Assembly: GCA_010015585.1 (NCBI GenBank)
Contig: ML975150.1
Reading direction: 5' to 3' (one strand)
DNA from: Eremomyces bilateralis CBS 781.70
Taxonomy: Eukaryota
DNA: 64,000 bases
The notes beneath the pieces were generated by a model. The model worked only from the letters and a program-made list of their open reading frames with translations, did not search any database and was not told the origin of the DNA. Below, in pieces: positions 61,687-64,000 of this stretch. Numbering within the stretch: the stretch's first letter is position 1; the number at the start of each line of letters is the position of its first letter. A program made the translations under genes and the position numbers.

Positions 61687-64000
61687 ATGTCATGAATAGA
61701 TCTCGATATTCGGGACGATTCCGACTTCTAAGAGAGAATAGAATCCCTTCTTCCTCAGTTTTCTCCTATCTTCGGCTTCCAAACAAGGTGCTTTGCTGAA
61801 TCGACGTCTTCGTCCCATTCGACCTCACACCGCTAACAACAACGATCGGCGGGTGAGAAGGAACCAGCCGCATACCAACACCATGACAGAGTTGAGCTAT
61901 CCTGAAGGCATAAACAAGCTAAATTCGACTGCGGTCATCCTGTATACTAGCTACGATTCATGTAGCACAACCCCAAACTTACCCCTATCTTTACAATTTG
62001 GCTGGGCTGAACAGCCTCAAAGTCTGAGTCTTGCCTGCAACGCTTGCGGCTTGTCACTTGTGGCTTTGTGAAAAGTAAGCAGTGAGTAGTGAGCACTGAA
62101 CAGTACTATGTAAGCACATGCAATAATCTGCGCCCCAGTCGCCGTTGTACCTGACAAAGTGATGATCCCGATCGACAATATGCTCTGCTACCTACAGAGT
62201 ACTCCATCCAAGCTTCAGTGATCAGCAACGGCATTATCCACATTAGATATTAAGTACAGTTGCTTATTTTCAATAGTACATAACAAGAAGAAAGTCTCCG
62301 CTTGACTTTTCAATCGCCTCACTATCTCTGACGCTTCTGGCGCGATGCATTTGATGGCCCTGAGTCAGTGTAGTCCCGACATCGCGTTTCCCTGGTTTCG
62401 GCGCTCTGCTAAAATCGCAATGATCAGCGTCAGAGCCATGGCCTTGGATACAGGAACAAGATGGATGTTTCATACTACGATAAATTGGTACTGTAGCAGT
62501 CTCACACACGAAAGGTCAAAGGATGCTAGATGGAGCAAAACTCCTGACTCAGTCCGGGACTTCGGAATCGACAGCCATGGTTCCGTAAGCCAGAGTATCG
62601 GGAATGTACCTTATCATCCCACCCACTTTTACTTCATCACATCGCATACCCGGAATATTGCCAAGTTTAGAGCTTAGAGAATAAGAAAACGATGCACCAT
62701 ACTACATATTAACGTTCGTGGTGTGACAATCTCTGATTACCACCGTCTGCGGAGAGATAACTGCACCACTGTTGCTGTGGCCCGCTAGAGTCACGCAATG
62801 GCACCTGTACAACTTTGAAACCACTGCTATCAAATGTCAACCCACTAATATCAGACTGATAAACGAGACCCGTCGGAACGAATTCGCAGATTCCGAACTC
62901 TCGCCTGTTCGAATTGCACACTTATGAAGATTCAAGGGCACTCCACTGTCACGCTGAATGGTTTCGGTCCCATCAACGGCGGGAGGAACCTCAAGCCCAT
63001 GGCACTGTTTACTGAATATGGCTATGATTGTCCTCGCTTAGCACCAATGAATAGGCCATGTGTTGTCGGGAACTTTCGTCGTATTCGTACCCAGTGAGCT
63101 GAGTGAGGCCTTTTTTAACCTTGCAGGTACCTGCAGGAACCACTTCGACGGGCTCAAGATGGATCTTTTCCCTGACGAATCCCTTCTGAATCGTGATCCG
63201 GATCTCCAGAGTTCAGACAGTTCTTGCCGGACTGCCGGTCCGCTATATCAAGTTCATGACGCTATTGTACGCGCTGGAGGAGGATGATCATCGTTAGGGG
63301 GGATACTGACTGCCACCCGGTTCAACCTTCCTTCAAAGTCGGATTCGGAGCCTTTCCATTAGCCCTGGAAGGTCGAATTCAGACAGCTCCGCCTTGCCAG
63401 GAGTTGAATAACGTCGCATTAGCTCCGGCCAGTTCTCGGAACTTCTAGTTATACCTACAATCAGACACGATCACCGACGGCAGTACTTTTCGTCCAGGCG
63501 ATAGGATTCAATCACGCCACCAGCTCACCCTCGGGGAGTGACGAGGAAAATTCATTCCGTCTCCAGGCTGCTTCCCGAGTCCCGACACGATAATGATCTG
63601 GATCTTCGGATCGTCAAGGGGCGATAATGCGATGCGCCTTGGGGTTGAGGCGCAGGGGAGTGATCGAAAATCGTGCCATTCGCCAGGGCGTCGGTAATTA
63701 CTAAATCAAGAGATGGTGGAAATGGGACGACGTCACAACGATAACGCGACCTGGATTCAGAATGAAGGAAGTAGACCTTGTTGTTGTATTAGTATTGCCT
63801 TGAGTAATGATAGTGGCCGAAGGAGTGCTTGTTGAGCAAAGTATTCCGTCAACAGCAATTCAATATTACCTCAATCCTCCAAGAGCGGGATAATCAGGCT
63901 AGAGGACCAATTGAAATCGCCCAACTGTGAATATGTTCTATTATTGCATATCGCGAATTCGCGATATCAGGTTTGGTACCATAGTAATTCCTATCGACCC

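Noticed and set aside
61800..63900. Possible gene downstream of OXP1
   Set aside because: Only short ORFs with no recognisable motifs on either strand

Overview
Genomic DNA from a filamentous ascomycete (short GT-AG introns with CTRAC branch points, RIP-like stop codons). The core is a compact housekeeping block: an SDR, RTT103, CLC1, DBP9, a PRB1-type vacuolar subtilisin, a peroxisomal acyl-CoA ligase, RPB5, PPM1, mitochondrial SHMT, a GFA protein, a Num1/ApsA-like PH protein, CNS1 and OXP1. Two decayed accessory islands interrupt it. The first (~1.5-5.9 kb) holds a pseudogenised DUF3435-like (Starship captain) tyrosine recombinase and a frameshifted Tc1/mariner element. The second (~43.8-56.9 kb, between CNS1 and OXP1) holds a possible captain N-terminus cut by a Tad1-like LINE, plus MADS-like, NmrA, BTB, NACHT and HeLo/SesA-like relics. 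At its centre is an intact, GC-rich, divergently transcribed pair: a P1B-1 Cu(I) ATPase and a membrane-anchored linalool dehydratase/isomerase-family enzyme. There is also a TATA-driven, multi-intron micro-exon transcript at ~19.4-20.2 kb that the ORF track misses. All family assignments come from motif recognition by eye; no database searches were run.
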